Counted from the stretch's first letter, positions 43,072 to 51,851 are shown. The stretch is 64,000 nt of DNA from an uncultured delta proteobacterium (GCA_963753975.1 CAVWEH010000001.1:32001-96000), one strand, 5' to 3'. The notes: generated from the letters alone by a model not told the origin. Numbers and translations: made by a program.

Positions 43072-43962
43072 TTATTTTTTGTAGAATGCTGTCTTCCACA
43101 CTCCGTTTTCAGCCAATATCCGTGAAGGTTCGTTAAGATTTGGCGGCCTTTTATAAGCGTCAATACTATATTCGGGATCATGCGGTAATTTGAGGCTCTT
43201 TCCTGCTAATTGCGGCAGAATGGGATAGATAATCTTTTTTTTGGTTGCAGAAAACAGTTCTTCAATATCTCTAAAAGCTGATAACTCTTCTATAGTTTTC
43301 AGGGTGGGCGGCATTAAAAGAATTTTCTGCTCGCTATGCATTGTGAGCGCGGCTTTAGGCGCTACCCAGAGTGATTCGGTAAGCTCTACCGCATCGGCTA
43401 CAGGTGTTTGGCATGGCGGCAACTTGGCCAGAAAAAAGCGAGTGTTAAATCTCATCTTTTCAAATTCCGGTGTAATCCAGTGGGCATAGGGGATCAAAGT
43501 GTCGGGGAATAACAAAATCTTTTCTCTGCGGACAATTTCCGCCAGCGTAATTTGCGAGGCATTAAGCTCCGGCCGGTAATCATTGAATCTTTGAAGAACG
43601 CTCTTGTCATAAAACGAAACAAAGTTTCCGGTAGTTTTGCCGCCTAAAAGAATGCCGGCTTCCTCGAAAGTTTCCCTGATGGCGGCGATAAACAATCCAC
43701 GCGCTTTTTCTATGGGCAAGCTGTTATCCTGCAGCAGCCGGCAGGGATCAAAGACATCCGTAGTCTTGATATAATTTTCAAGTTGCGGGTCGCTGTCGGA
43801 TTCTTCCAATTGCCCGCCGGGAAACACATACGCCCCGGCCATAAAAGCCTGCTTTTGATGGCGCCGCGCCAGAAATATTTCCCCGCCGCCGTCTTTCGCC
43901 GGCCGGATTAAAATCACGGTGGCCGCGTCTTTAAAAACAATTTTATTTGTCGTTGAATACAT
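43072..43962 (-). CDS. NUDIX hydrolase (NUDT19-like acyl-CoA diphosphatase type)
   Basis: AATVIL, VFPGG, AAIRETFEEAG, HWITP, RFNTRFF. Confidence 0.85.
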   Translation of the reverse strand: MYSTTNKIVFKDAATVILIRPAKDGGGEIFLARRHQKQAFMAGAYVFPGGQLEESDSDPQLENYIKTTDVFDPCRLLQDNSLPIEKARGLFIAAIRETFEEAGILLGGKTTGNFVSFYDKSVLQRFNDYRPELNASQITLAEIVRREKILLFPDTLIPYAHWITPEFEKMRFNTRFFLAKLPPCQTPVADAVELTESLWVAPKAALTMHSEQKILLMPPTLKTIEELSAFRDIEELFSATKKKIIYPILPQLAGKSLKLPHDPEYSIDAYKRPPNLNEPSRILAENGVWKTAFYKK

Positions 43963-44178
43963 AATGGAGATATTATTCTTACCTTGCCGAAAATTCACGT
44001 CACACTATCTGTGAATTCCACGGATATCAGTGCTATCACCAAAAGGAATATCGTCATAGCAAATTTTGTGGGCGAGAAATTTCCAACAGATTGGCCGGGA
44101 GCTTCCTCCTCGGAAACATCGGCAACCAGCGCTCATGCTGATTGCTCTTCCGGCCGTCAAATAAGCGGCTACAGCCGC

Positions 44179-44275
44179 AGACGGGAGTGGGAATCGAACC
44201 CACATCTACTCGTTTTCACGCGAGTAGCATCACAGGTTTGAAGCCTGCGCCGCACACCAGCACGAACGTCCCGTC
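44179..44275 (-). tRNA. Atypical tRNA with UCA anticodon (tRNA-Sec-like)
   Basis: GCAGG-CTTCAAA-CCTGT anticodon arm, 6-bp D stem with TGGT loop, long variable arm, GTGGG-TTCGATT-CCCAC T arm, GACGGGA/TCCCGTC acceptor; no encoded CCA. Confidence 0.8.
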
Positions 44276-44280
44276 ATCTC

Positions 44281-44392
44281 AATCCCGCCACTTGAAATTC
44301 CCCGGCTCCAGCCGGGGAGGAAAGCGCCTTGATCCGTGGGAGGTCGCATTGTTTTAGAGAGCTTCCGGCTCCTGCCAGAGGAGGCTCCACTT
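44281..44392 (+). mobile_element. IS200/IS605-like miniature element
   Basis: Two sub-terminal hairpins (TCCCCGGCTCCAGCCGGGGA; CTTCCGGCTCCTGCCAGAGG), ACTT near both ends; homologous to 35371-35684. Confidence 0.6.
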
Positions 44393-44587
44393 ATAAAAGA
44401 TCACTAGCTGCTCGATCCGTCCATCATAATAACCAGGCTGTGAGTATCCAAAGAAGCTAGAATTTTCTTATGTTATAGATTCAACCTTCAGAGTTCATCC
44501 TAATAAACGGTTATTTACAAGGATGCTTATTTAACTAATATTTTAGGAATAAGTCAAATTCCAAAAAGTTATAATTAACCTTTGTTG

Positions 44588-44602
44588 ATAAAGAAAATTT
44601 AT
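44588..44602. promoter_or_regulatory. Putative LysR box
   Basis: ATAA-N7-TTAT (T-N11-A) just upstream of the LysR gene. Confidence 0.45.
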
Positions 44603-44616
44603 GCTATGCAAAAAAT

Positions 44617-45552
44617 ATGAGCTCCGGACACTTCAAAAGCATTACCCTGCAGCAAATGGAAGCCGTTATCTCTCTTGTCGAAGAAGGGAGTTTCAGCCGT
44701 GCCGCCAAAAGAATGTCTCTGACTCAGCCGGCGTTGACCAAGAACATCAAAAATGCGGAAAATTATCTTGGTGTGCTGCTGGTTAATCGCAGCAATACGG
44801 GAGCTTCATTAACTCCGGAAGGAAAAATTCTCTACACTTACGCGCGGCGGATGGTTAAACTCAGAAATGAAGCAAAAGAAAAAATTCTCACACTGAACAA
44901 AAATATCGGCGGGAATATTTACATGAGCGCCAGCACTATTCCGTCGACATATATTCTTCCCCATGTCTTGAGTGCGTTTAGCAAAATACATCCCGATATA
45001 AGAGTTTATATTAAGACGGCGGACAGCGAAGAAGCCATGAACATGGTTCTGGAAAATGAGGTGGAAATTGGCTGCATCGGGAAACGGCCGTCAAATAGAA
45101 AACTGAAGGCGGAACCTCTCTGGAAGGATCGCCTTGTTCTGGCGATTCCCCGGCATCACCGCTGGCGCAAAAAGAAATCGATCGCCCTGTCCGAATTATT
45201 AGACGAGCCTTTTGTCATAAGAGAAAAAGGATCGGCGACGCGGGAATTGTTGGAATCATGTTTGAAGGAATCAAAATCAATAAGTCTTTCCCAGTTTAAT
45301 ATTTGCAGCGAACTGGGAAGCTCGGAGGCGATAAAAGAAGCGGTCATTGCCGGACTAGGGGTTTCCGTAATTTCTATTTATGCTGTCGAGCGGGAGTTAT
45401 ATCAGGGCTTACTTTTTGAAGTTCCAATTCAAAGCTGCAAGATGGAAAGAACCCTTTATTTAATTTATAAACGGCATTTCGATTTCCGGCCGGCACATAA
45501 AACATTCATCGATTTTCTGAAAAAAGATGCTTCGGGCAAGCACGGCCTGTAA
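44617..45552 (+). CDS. LysR family regulator (CysL-like; possibly the selenium-metabolism-associated subfamily)
   Basis: HTH SFSRAAKRMSLTQPA, ASTIP, REKGSATR, LGSSEAIK; divergent from the UCA tRNA. Confidence 0.88.
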   Translation: MSSGHFKSITLQQMEAVISLVEEGSFSRAAKRMSLTQPALTKNIKNAENYLGVLLVNRSNTGASLTPEGKILYTYARRMVKLRNEAKEKILTLNKNIGGNIYMSASTIPSTYILPHVLSAFSKIHPDIRVYIKTADSEEAMNMVLENEVEIGCIGKRPSNRKLKAEPLWKDRLVLAIPRHHRWRKKKSIALSELLDEPFVIREKGSATRELLESCLKESKSISLSQFNICSELGSSEAIKEAVIAGLGVSVISIYAVERELYQGLLFEVPIQSCKMERTLYLIYKRHFDFRPAHKTFIDFLKKDASGKHGL

Positions 45553-45613
45553 TAATCGTCACCAGATACCATACAAAAGTAATAATTCCACAAAACGTAT
45601 GGTAACTTGATAT

Positions 45614-45916
45614 TTAATTATAATAGACCTCGTCATGTGAACCAACATCTAAAAGAATAACTTCTTTATCAACAATTTTTAGAAGTAGAACTATACGATA
45701 CTCATAGTTCAGCCTTACGACGTGCTTTCCTTGATGCCGCCCTCTAAGAGAATGAAGATGTAATTGCGGTGTCTGTGGATTTGTTTCAAGCAGGTGCAAT
45801 ACGTTTTTAAATAAACCGACTAACTCGGGATGCCGACGCAGAAATTTTCGAGCAGTTCGAAAAAAAGTATCCGTCCAAACTAATGAATAAGCTGGGTTCG
45901 TCTTGTCGGCGGGCAT
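45614..45916 (-). CDS. Type II toxin, RelE/YafQ-like mRNA interferase
   Basis: LHLHSLRG, YRIV, DVGSHDEVY. Confidence 0.85.
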   Translation of the reverse strand: MPADKTNPAYSLVWTDTFFRTARKFLRRHPELVGLFKNVLHLLETNPQTPQLHLHSLRGRHQGKHVVRLNYEYRIVLLLKIVDKEVILLDVGSHDEVYYN

Positions 45917-45918
45917 TA

Positions 45919-46170
45919 TTAATTCTTTAGTAATTCGGTCATTAGTTGTCTGAAATTCCCCCGCTTTATGCGCCCGGCTTTCAGATCGTTTTCGGATGCG
46001 GCAAGACGTGCCTCGGCCAAATCACTAAGAATGTTTTCGTAATCTTTTTCAGACAGGATGACATACTTGGGCTGATTATTACGAACTATATGTACGGGAC
46101 CATCTACAAGCGCTTCATCAACGGCGCTGATGCCCCGACGCTTGATTTCCTGGGCGGCAATAGTTTTCAT
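45919..46170 (-). CDS. Type II antitoxin, Phd/YefM family
   Basis: GPVHIVRNNQPKYVILS; directly upstream of toxin. Confidence 0.85.
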   Translation of the reverse strand: MKTIAAQEIKRRGISAVDEALVDGPVHIVRNNQPKYVILSEKDYENILSDLAEARLAASENDLKAGRIKRGNFRQLMTELLKN

Positions 46171-46373
46171 AAATCATTAACTCCTTTTTGTATCAATTTC
46201 GGTACTATTATAAGTGCTAATTATGGACTTGTCAACTCAATTCAATGGATTTAATAAAGAAATAATCAGTCCTCTCGGGCATAAATTCCCATTGACAATT
46301 TATTTGTAATCATATTAGAAAAAGTAACATATTTAATAAAATAAAGTAAAAAGTATCGCCTTTCTTATAGTTT

Positions 46374-46431
46374 TACACCTCCTTATCAACAACTTGCCAT
46401 GATGGACGGTATTGCAGATTAACATAAGAAA
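46374..46431 (+). repeat. L-type half-site, left boundary of the tandem unit array
   Basis: TACACCTCC-N34-GATTA-N4-AAGAAA with exact consensus spacing. Confidence 0.6.
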
Positions 46432-46664
46432 GGTACAATAAGACTGCCCCTTCTTATGTTACCTGCAGTTCTTCGAAGGCTTGTTCTTTTTCGCTCACTT
46501 TGTTCGCCGTGATAATTATCTTGATAGAGGTCTTTTTCATCTGCGTTGCTTAACCTTGCCACCCAATGTGAACAGATCACCTTTGGGTAGCGAAATAGAT
46601 GACGCAAGCCCCTTTGATAGATACAAGGCTCTTTTTAAAAAAGTGGGATGAACTTTTCGTCATC

Positions 46665-47238
46665 CTACCTTCTATCCTCTCTTTCTTCCCTTCCTCTTTC
46701 ATGGTTTCCCTGTTGTTGTGGCCGGGACTGTCGTGGTCGCACCTCTCGAGAAGGTTGTTGTGATCGCGTTCGGGGCTTCAAACCTTGGACACCCCAAGTA
46801 TTTTGCTTCTCCCAATGTCTGCTCTTTTCCCAGTTGCTCCAGTTCTGTTGGACTTGTTGGTGGGGTATTCGCTGGTAGTTCCATGGATGTCCTCTCCAAC
46901 GATGCTCCCTGTAGTCATTCCTCCAACCTGATGGTATCCCTCTATAAAAAGATGGAACGTTTCGATAGTAGCCCCAACCTGAATTATAGTTCCGCGAGCG
47001 ATACCATCGCCCTTCCCACGGACGCCACCACCAACCATTGTAGAAGAAGATGTCCACATCTACAGTCAGGGACGACATAGACATACGTCTCAGGTATCAC
47101 TACCACCTCTGGAGGTGCGGCAAATACGATGGGTGGCGGCAGAGAAATGCTAACGTCTACATCTACCCTTGCCATCGTTGGAGCAGGAAATACAAGTACC
47201 AACGCCAAAAGTATTGTTCCCAAAAATAACTTTTTCAT
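46665..47238 (-). pseudogene. Secreted Trp/Pro-rich protein split by one extra base near 47064
   Basis: MKKLFLG...VYVVPD (ORF 46984..47259) continues as VDVDIFFYNGWWWRPW (ORF 46665..47084). Confidence 0.75.
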
Positions 47239-47327
47239 TTTATTGTATCCTATACACATCAGTGTTTTGTCTCCTCTCTAAAGATATATGACAATCCAGT
47301 TTTTTAAAAAAATGCGAAAACCAGATT

Positions 47328-47792
47328 TCATCCTTTTGCCGGGTATTGACTATCGTGGTCACGATGGTGTGCCCACCTCTTTGCATGGTGTCTGTGAGGT
47401 ATTCTATCAAGTTTAGCAATCTGCTCCGGAGTGAGAATTTTACGCCACTCGATTTTCATTCCACCCTTCTTGTCCGATAGTTGCTGGCGAAGTTCACTTA
47501 TCTCCTTCTGCTTAGCAAGAAGTGTTGCATCATCCGTCTTAGGATCTGTGAAAAGTTTACGCATTTCTAATCGCTTGATTGCGAGATTGTATCTCAAATC
47601 TCTCGTATCATTACGAAAGCTGTTTCTCAGATCTTTCATTTTGGCTACTTGTTTGTCTGAAAGGCCAAGATAGTTCTTAAAACAGAATTCTTTGTAGGAA
47701 CCGGGTTTCTTATCGGGCTGAAGTGCATACGCCGACACTACAACCGCTGCCGATACGATAAGGACAGCAATAACGATAAATATTTTCTTCAT
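47328..47792 (-). CDS. Spy/CpxP/ZraP-like periplasmic protein
   Basis: Signal peptide, LGLSDKQ and ILTPEQ (LTxxQ) motifs, His-rich tail. Confidence 0.85.
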   Translation of the reverse strand: MKKIFIVIAVLIVSAAVVVSAYALQPDKKPGSYKEFCFKNYLGLSDKQVAKMKDLRNSFRNDTRDLRYNLAIKRLEMRKLFTDPKTDDATLLAKQKEISELRQQLSDKKGGMKIEWRKILTPEQIAKLDRIPHRHHAKRWAHHRDHDSQYPAKG

Positions 47793-47835
47793 TTTTTCTA
47801 ATACTCCTTTCGCAAAAATATTTTGATTATGTTAA

Positions 47836-47853
47836 AAGCAAGAAATAGACCAA
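47836..47853 (-). promoter_or_regulatory. Putative sigma54 promoter
   Basis: TTGG-TCTATTTCTT-GCT (GG-N10-GC) about 45 bp upstream of the Spy/ZraP-like gene; short inverted repeats at about 47928-47970 could be activator sites. Confidence 0.5.
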
Positions 47854-48103
47854 TCAAAAGATGCATAACAAACACTCGAATATTACTAAATATAATCTAA
47901 TAGACACGGGAATGTCATGAGCGATAGCGGATAGAATGTATCCACTTATTGGTATCCATATGGGTAATAAATATGCAGAGAGGAGAGAATTAAATTGACG
48001 ATACTATAGCCCAGAAAAATCTAGTTTTCAGAATTATGTTGTTTTTCAGGGGGAAAGTTGTGTAGAGCTTAGCATCATGAAATAAACGGTTCAATCCAAT
48101 AAC

Positions 48104-48233
48104 GAATATCGTTTGAAAGGGTGCATGCCCATTAAAATAGCCGAATACTTGACTTCGGGAACAAGTGCTTACTCACTACACCTACAAAGAAACAAGCATA
48201 GCGAATAAATATTTTAATGATTTTCATTTGAAA
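48104..48233 (+). repeat. Full R+L junction of the bipartite site
   Basis: GAATA-N4-TTGAAA-N4-GCAT-N28-TCGGGAACAA-N12-TACACCTAC-N33-GATTT-N4-TTGAAA. Confidence 0.7.
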
Positions 48234-48238
48234 TGTTT

Positions 48239-48293
48239 GATCAACGTAGAAATCAGCCTGAGCGTAGCGACCGGCTGAATTTTATTGTTAGAG
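48239..48293 (-). other. Integron attC site
   Basis: CTCTAAC...TTCAGCC...GGCTGA...GTTGATC imperfect palindrome. Confidence 0.85.
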
Positions 48294-49245
48294 CTTCTCC
48301 TTTTTTTCCTTTCCTTACCAGCTCATCATACTGCTCAACGATGTCTTGATTATAAATTTGCTCCATCATTATTCCGAATGCCACATTATGCGAAAGTTGT
48401 TCTAGGAAAATAGCTTCAAGCCGGAATTCTTCCTGTTTATCAGGATGCCAATTATGTTTTCTTTTAGTTGAATAGTGATGTAAATAACCCCTCATCATTA
48501 CTAGTTGATTTATTATTTGCTCAACATCTTTGGACAAGTACTGGCTTTCATATTTACTTCTCATTTCAACTGGAAGATGCCGCCGAAATTCTTCGTTCCC
48601 CAAAACACTACGTATATTCTCAATAAATTCTGGAGATTCTTTTAGCGCTTTCTCAACTGCATAATTCTTATTCTTGCCTCCAGCATAATAAGACTCAATG
48701 ACAAAGTAGAAATTGTAAATTGCCTCAATATAATCTTGGTTCTTAACATCAACCCTGCCACGCTTATTAAAAGATAGCAATACATTGTGCTGCTTGGCTT
48801 TGACCGATGCAATTATTGGCCTAGCAATCAAATCAAAGGATACTGGCATTATTTCATTATCTTTAAGTTCTTGAAAACCTACAGAGAAGTTAAAGATCTG
48901 TAATTTTTCCTTCTCTTCTTCATTTTCAGCAATCCATTCATGCTTTGGCCTGCGTATTCCGATAGATTCCACTCCCCAAAAAGACAACATTCCTTCGATT
49001 TGCCTCATTATTTCTTCTACTTCATAGATGCGAGGACTGGTTACATTTACGTGAAGAGTAATGCCTGGCTGAGGATGATTGATTACACTTGGTAATTCAT
49101 GGTCAGTTATTTCGAACGACACACGTATATTTCTAATGAATCCTCGCTCGACATCAAATTCGAACAAGAAATCGTCAACCTCAAATGAACAGATCTGTTG
49201 AGGCTTTATCCTTCCTTTTATCTCGAATGTGTAGCGGCATCTCAT
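48253..49245 (-). CDS. Cassette-borne protein with C-terminal HEPN-like motif (ApeA-like architecture possible)
   Basis: AT-rich; RGYLHH (Rx4H); C-terminus reads through the attC. Confidence 0.65.
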   Translation of the reverse strand: MRCRYTFEIKGRIKPQQICSFEVDDFLFEFDVERGFIRNIRVSFEITDHELPSVINHPQPGITLHVNVTSPRIYEVEEIMRQIEGMLSFWGVESIGIRRPKHEWIAENEEEKEKLQIFNFSVGFQELKDNEIMPVSFDLIARPIIASVKAKQHNVLLSFNKRGRVDVKNQDYIEAIYNFYFVIESYYAGGKNKNYAVEKALKESPEFIENIRSVLGNEEFRRHLPVEMRSKYESQYLSKDVEQIINQLVMMRGYLHHYSTKRKHNWHPDKQEEFRLEAIFLEQLSHNVAFGIMMEQIYNQDIVEQYDELVRKGKKGEALTIKFSRSLRSG

Positions 49246-49259
49246 GTTTGCTTTTTGTA

Positions 49260-49318
49260 CTCTAACGCTAGGCATCAGCGGCGGTGTCAGCGCGTCTGCG
49301 TGGATACCATGGTTATGT
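49260..49318 (-). other. Integron attC site
   Basis: ACATAAC...GTTAGAG, 59 bp. Confidence 0.85.
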
Positions 49319-49338
49319 GATAACTTCTTCCTTGAAAA

Positions 49339-50145
49339 TCATTTTTTATTTTTTAATGATCGAACTTTTTTCCCCATATCTGTTGGTTGGATATACCCAG
49401 TTTCTTTCTCAAAGTAGTCACGTGTCTTATGCAAATACTCGAATAATTCCTTTGAACCTAATTTTTTTGCGAGACCTTCAAATACAGTTATTGCTCTTTG
49501 CGTGTAAACCTCTATCTGACCGATGCACATGTGTACTCGTGGAGTTGCGCGCATCCCCCCTAAATGAAATTTGGGAGGGCTACCACCATACGTCTCCATA
49601 ATATGTGGATAAGCGCCATGCACATAGCCAGAAAGAGCGTCATTGGTGACTTGAAACATCTTCTGCAAATCGCTTGGATTAACATAAGGCCCCATCTGTC
49701 GCGCAACGGAAGCCCATATTTTCCTTTTCGGAACAGTCTCACGACGTGTCTCATTTTGCAAAGGATTATTAGGGTTTTTAAATTCTTCATTAAAAAAGTC
49801 CTCTATAAACTTCCTCTGGTGATTATCAAGTGTGCTGCTTTCAGCGTTTTCAAGAATGAATAACATTTCATGTAAAAAGTCATCTAAGGTACGCAAAAGC
49901 ACCATGGCTTCTTGAACAAAACCCCCAGTCAGCAGGAACAAACAAGCGTTCAATCCACTAACGACACGTACACCTTTTAGGAAAGCAACGTGATAAACAG
50001 TGTGCTCCTTATATCTAAATTGTTTTTTACCAGAGACATCGATGAATACAGGCTTTGGGACTAGGCCGTCGTCAATCGCTCTAATCGAAGCAGCAAGCCG
50101 ATTAACACACTTTGTAATTACAGTTAGTAATTTGATTTGGTCCAT
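49339..50145 (-). CDS. Cassette-borne DUF5677-like (HEPN-related) protein
   Basis: LLRTLDD and LSGYVHG motifs. Confidence 0.6.
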   Translation of the reverse strand: MDQIKLLTVITKCVNRLAASIRAIDDGLVPKPVFIDVSGKKQFRYKEHTVYHVAFLKGVRVVSGLNACLFLLTGGFVQEAMVLLRTLDDFLHEMLFILENAESSTLDNHQRKFIEDFFNEEFKNPNNPLQNETRRETVPKRKIWASVARQMGPYVNPSDLQKMFQVTNDALSGYVHGAYPHIMETYGGSPPKFHLGGMRATPRVHMCIGQIEVYTQRAITVFEGLAKKLGSKELFEYLHKTRDYFEKETGYIQPTDMGKKVRSLKNKK

Positions 50146-50155
50146 TGTTTTCAGG

Positions 50156-50211
50156 TCATAACGAAAAAATCAGCCGGAGCGCAGCGATCGGCTTTATTGT
50201 TTTTGTTAAAA
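50156..50211 (-). other. Integron attC site
   Basis: TTTTAAC...AGCCGATCGCTGCGCTCCGGCTGATTTTTTC-GTTATGA. Confidence 0.85.
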
Positions 50212-50213
50212 AC

Positions 50214-50765
50214 TTAGACTCTAATGCTAGTTTTTTTCACTACTTTAATAATAGCCTCCACGTCTGCCCCATCATAAACTGCTGGAATGAATGGCTTATT
50301 GTGGGCGGCTAGATGCAGTTCTTTGAGAACTTCCCAAAGTTTTTCCATTACCGAATTGAAGAGCAAACCTTTTATGCCAGCATTTTTCCACACAGCCGAG
50401 GGATTGAAGACTGCATTCTTATCAATATGAAAATGTGTTTTGTCCCGAATTTGGTTTAATTTGTCAGATAAATCTTCAATATCTTCATACGGCAGTTCAT
50501 ATTTATCCAATAAAACCTGGAATTCTTTTCTATTACATTTATACAAATATAGAATTGATGATGCATCTTTATGCTTATCTAATACTTTAATAGCATGAGC
50601 AACCATATCATTATACAAAGCCAGATACGCATATGAAAAAAAAGTCCCGGATGTTTTCGGTGCGGATTTTGCAAGCGCATTAACTGCATTCCGATTCGAC
50701 AAGCAACGATGCACTTCGTAAAGATTTCTTCTTAAAGCCATATAGTATCTGTCAGGTTTATTCAT
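50214..50765 (-). CDS. Cassette-borne HEPN-like protein (AbiU2-like possible)
   Basis: Helical-looking sequence with IRDKTHFH (Rx5H) motif. Confidence 0.6.
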   Translation of the reverse strand: MNKPDRYYMALRRNLYEVHRCLSNRNAVNALAKSAPKTSGTFFSYAYLALYNDMVAHAIKVLDKHKDASSILYLYKCNRKEFQVLLDKYELPYEDIEDLSDKLNQIRDKTHFHIDKNAVFNPSAVWKNAGIKGLLFNSVMEKLWEVLKELHLAAHNKPFIPAVYDGADVEAIIKVVKKTSIRV

Positions 50766-50772
50766 GCTCAAT

Positions 50773-50823
50773 TTCTAACGAAAAAATCAGCCGAAGCCGC
50801 AGCGATCGGCTGGATTGTTATAT
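50773..50823 (-). other. Integron attC site (shortened spacer)
   Basis: ATATAAC...CAGCCGATCGCTGCGGCTTCGGCTGATTTTTTC-GTTAGAA; near-identical to the attC at 50156. Confidence 0.82.
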
Positions 50824-50826
50824 GGG

Positions 50827-51645
50827 TTATTTCATCAGCTCAGGACCAACTTCACACCAAGTTCCGATAAACTCTTGATCTTTTTCATTCAGTAACTTTT
50901 CAATCTCCTGGAACATCAATGAGTAATTGTAAAGATATAGTCCTGTACATATAAATAGGGCGTTGAGCATTGTATTCAAAATCCAATTTGAGGTCTTAAA
51001 GTCTGACTGTGACGTCTGTAAAAGGCTGCTACTTGTAGGATGTGCATATGATGAGAAGTAATTGTAACAGTTCTTAGAAAGTGGTTTTGAAAAGCCTGCT
51101 CTTTCCAATAATTCCCGTTTGCTCACAAAACACCATTTCCCTTCTTCCTCATATCTCTTTTTTTGTTTGCTGCTAAATGATTGGTACGACTTATGCCCTT
51201 GTAACTCATTCCAGATGCGATCAATCTCCTGCTTATTATTCTTCAGTTTCTCAGGATAATAGATTACGGTCAACCGTTGTTTATACATCAAACCTTCTCG
51301 AAACCAACTCCAGAATCTGAAGTATGTTTCTTGAAAATCGCTTGACTCTCTATAAATGTGATGAAATATGGCGAAGTTTTCTAAGCTCGCCCTGATTAAA
51401 ACCAATACTGAGGCTAACGCGGTCATTTCGTCCTCTCTGCTTTTATAGTATATTCGCAATCCTGGGGTTAATGTCTTAATTGAGATAAAATGAGTAAAAT
51501 ACTGCTTGAAAAATTCTTGTTTGTAGTAGTCCAACTTTACATAGTTCAAGGATTTTCCGTCAAGCTCCTCAAAAGATTTTGTAATCAATCCCTCAAACCA
51601 ATTAAACAGTATTTCTTTTTCCATTGAGAGATAAGCGAGATTCAT
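50827..51645 (-). CDS. Cassette-borne DUF5677-like (HEPN-related) protein
   Basis: LIRASLE and YNYFSSYAHP motifs. Confidence 0.62.
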   Translation of the reverse strand: MNLAYLSMEKEILFNWFEGLITKSFEELDGKSLNYVKLDYYKQEFFKQYFTHFISIKTLTPGLRIYYKSREDEMTALASVLVLIRASLENFAIFHHIYRESSDFQETYFRFWSWFREGLMYKQRLTVIYYPEKLKNNKQEIDRIWNELQGHKSYQSFSSKQKKRYEEEGKWCFVSKRELLERAGFSKPLSKNCYNYFSSYAHPTSSSLLQTSQSDFKTSNWILNTMLNALFICTGLYLYNYSLMFQEIEKLLNEKDQEFIGTWCEVGPELMK

Positions 51646-51663
51646 TGTAGTGCAATCCTATAC

Positions 51664-51721
51664 ATATAATGACTGATTTCAGCGATGCGCTTGTTGTATC
51701 CGATGTAACGATTTGTTATGC
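51664..51721 (-). other. Degenerate attC site
   Basis: GCATAAC...ATTATAT (core G to A); internal palindrome eroded. Confidence 0.65.
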
Positions 51722-51760
51722 GCACTAAAAATCTAACGGGCACACAATGTAAACGCCAAC

Positions 51761-51822
51761 GATTACAGATTGTAACCTAGCATAAAAATTAAAAATTTGA
51801 AAAATAAGGATTACAGGAAGAA
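51761..51822 (+). repeat. R-type half-site closing the cassette array unit
   Basis: GATTA-N4-TTGTAA-N4-GCAT-N29-ACAGGAAGAA. Confidence 0.7.
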
Positions 51823-51851
51823 ATTTACTTATAGCAGGGGAAAGTCATATC

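Noticed and set aside
45553..46373. Duplicated tRNA-Leu 3' end marking the far island boundary
   Set aside because: No such repeat found by eye here or elsewhere in the window.
48239..51721. Repeats as a CRISPR array
   Set aside because: Repeats are separated by whole genes, have attC cores, and no cas genes are present.
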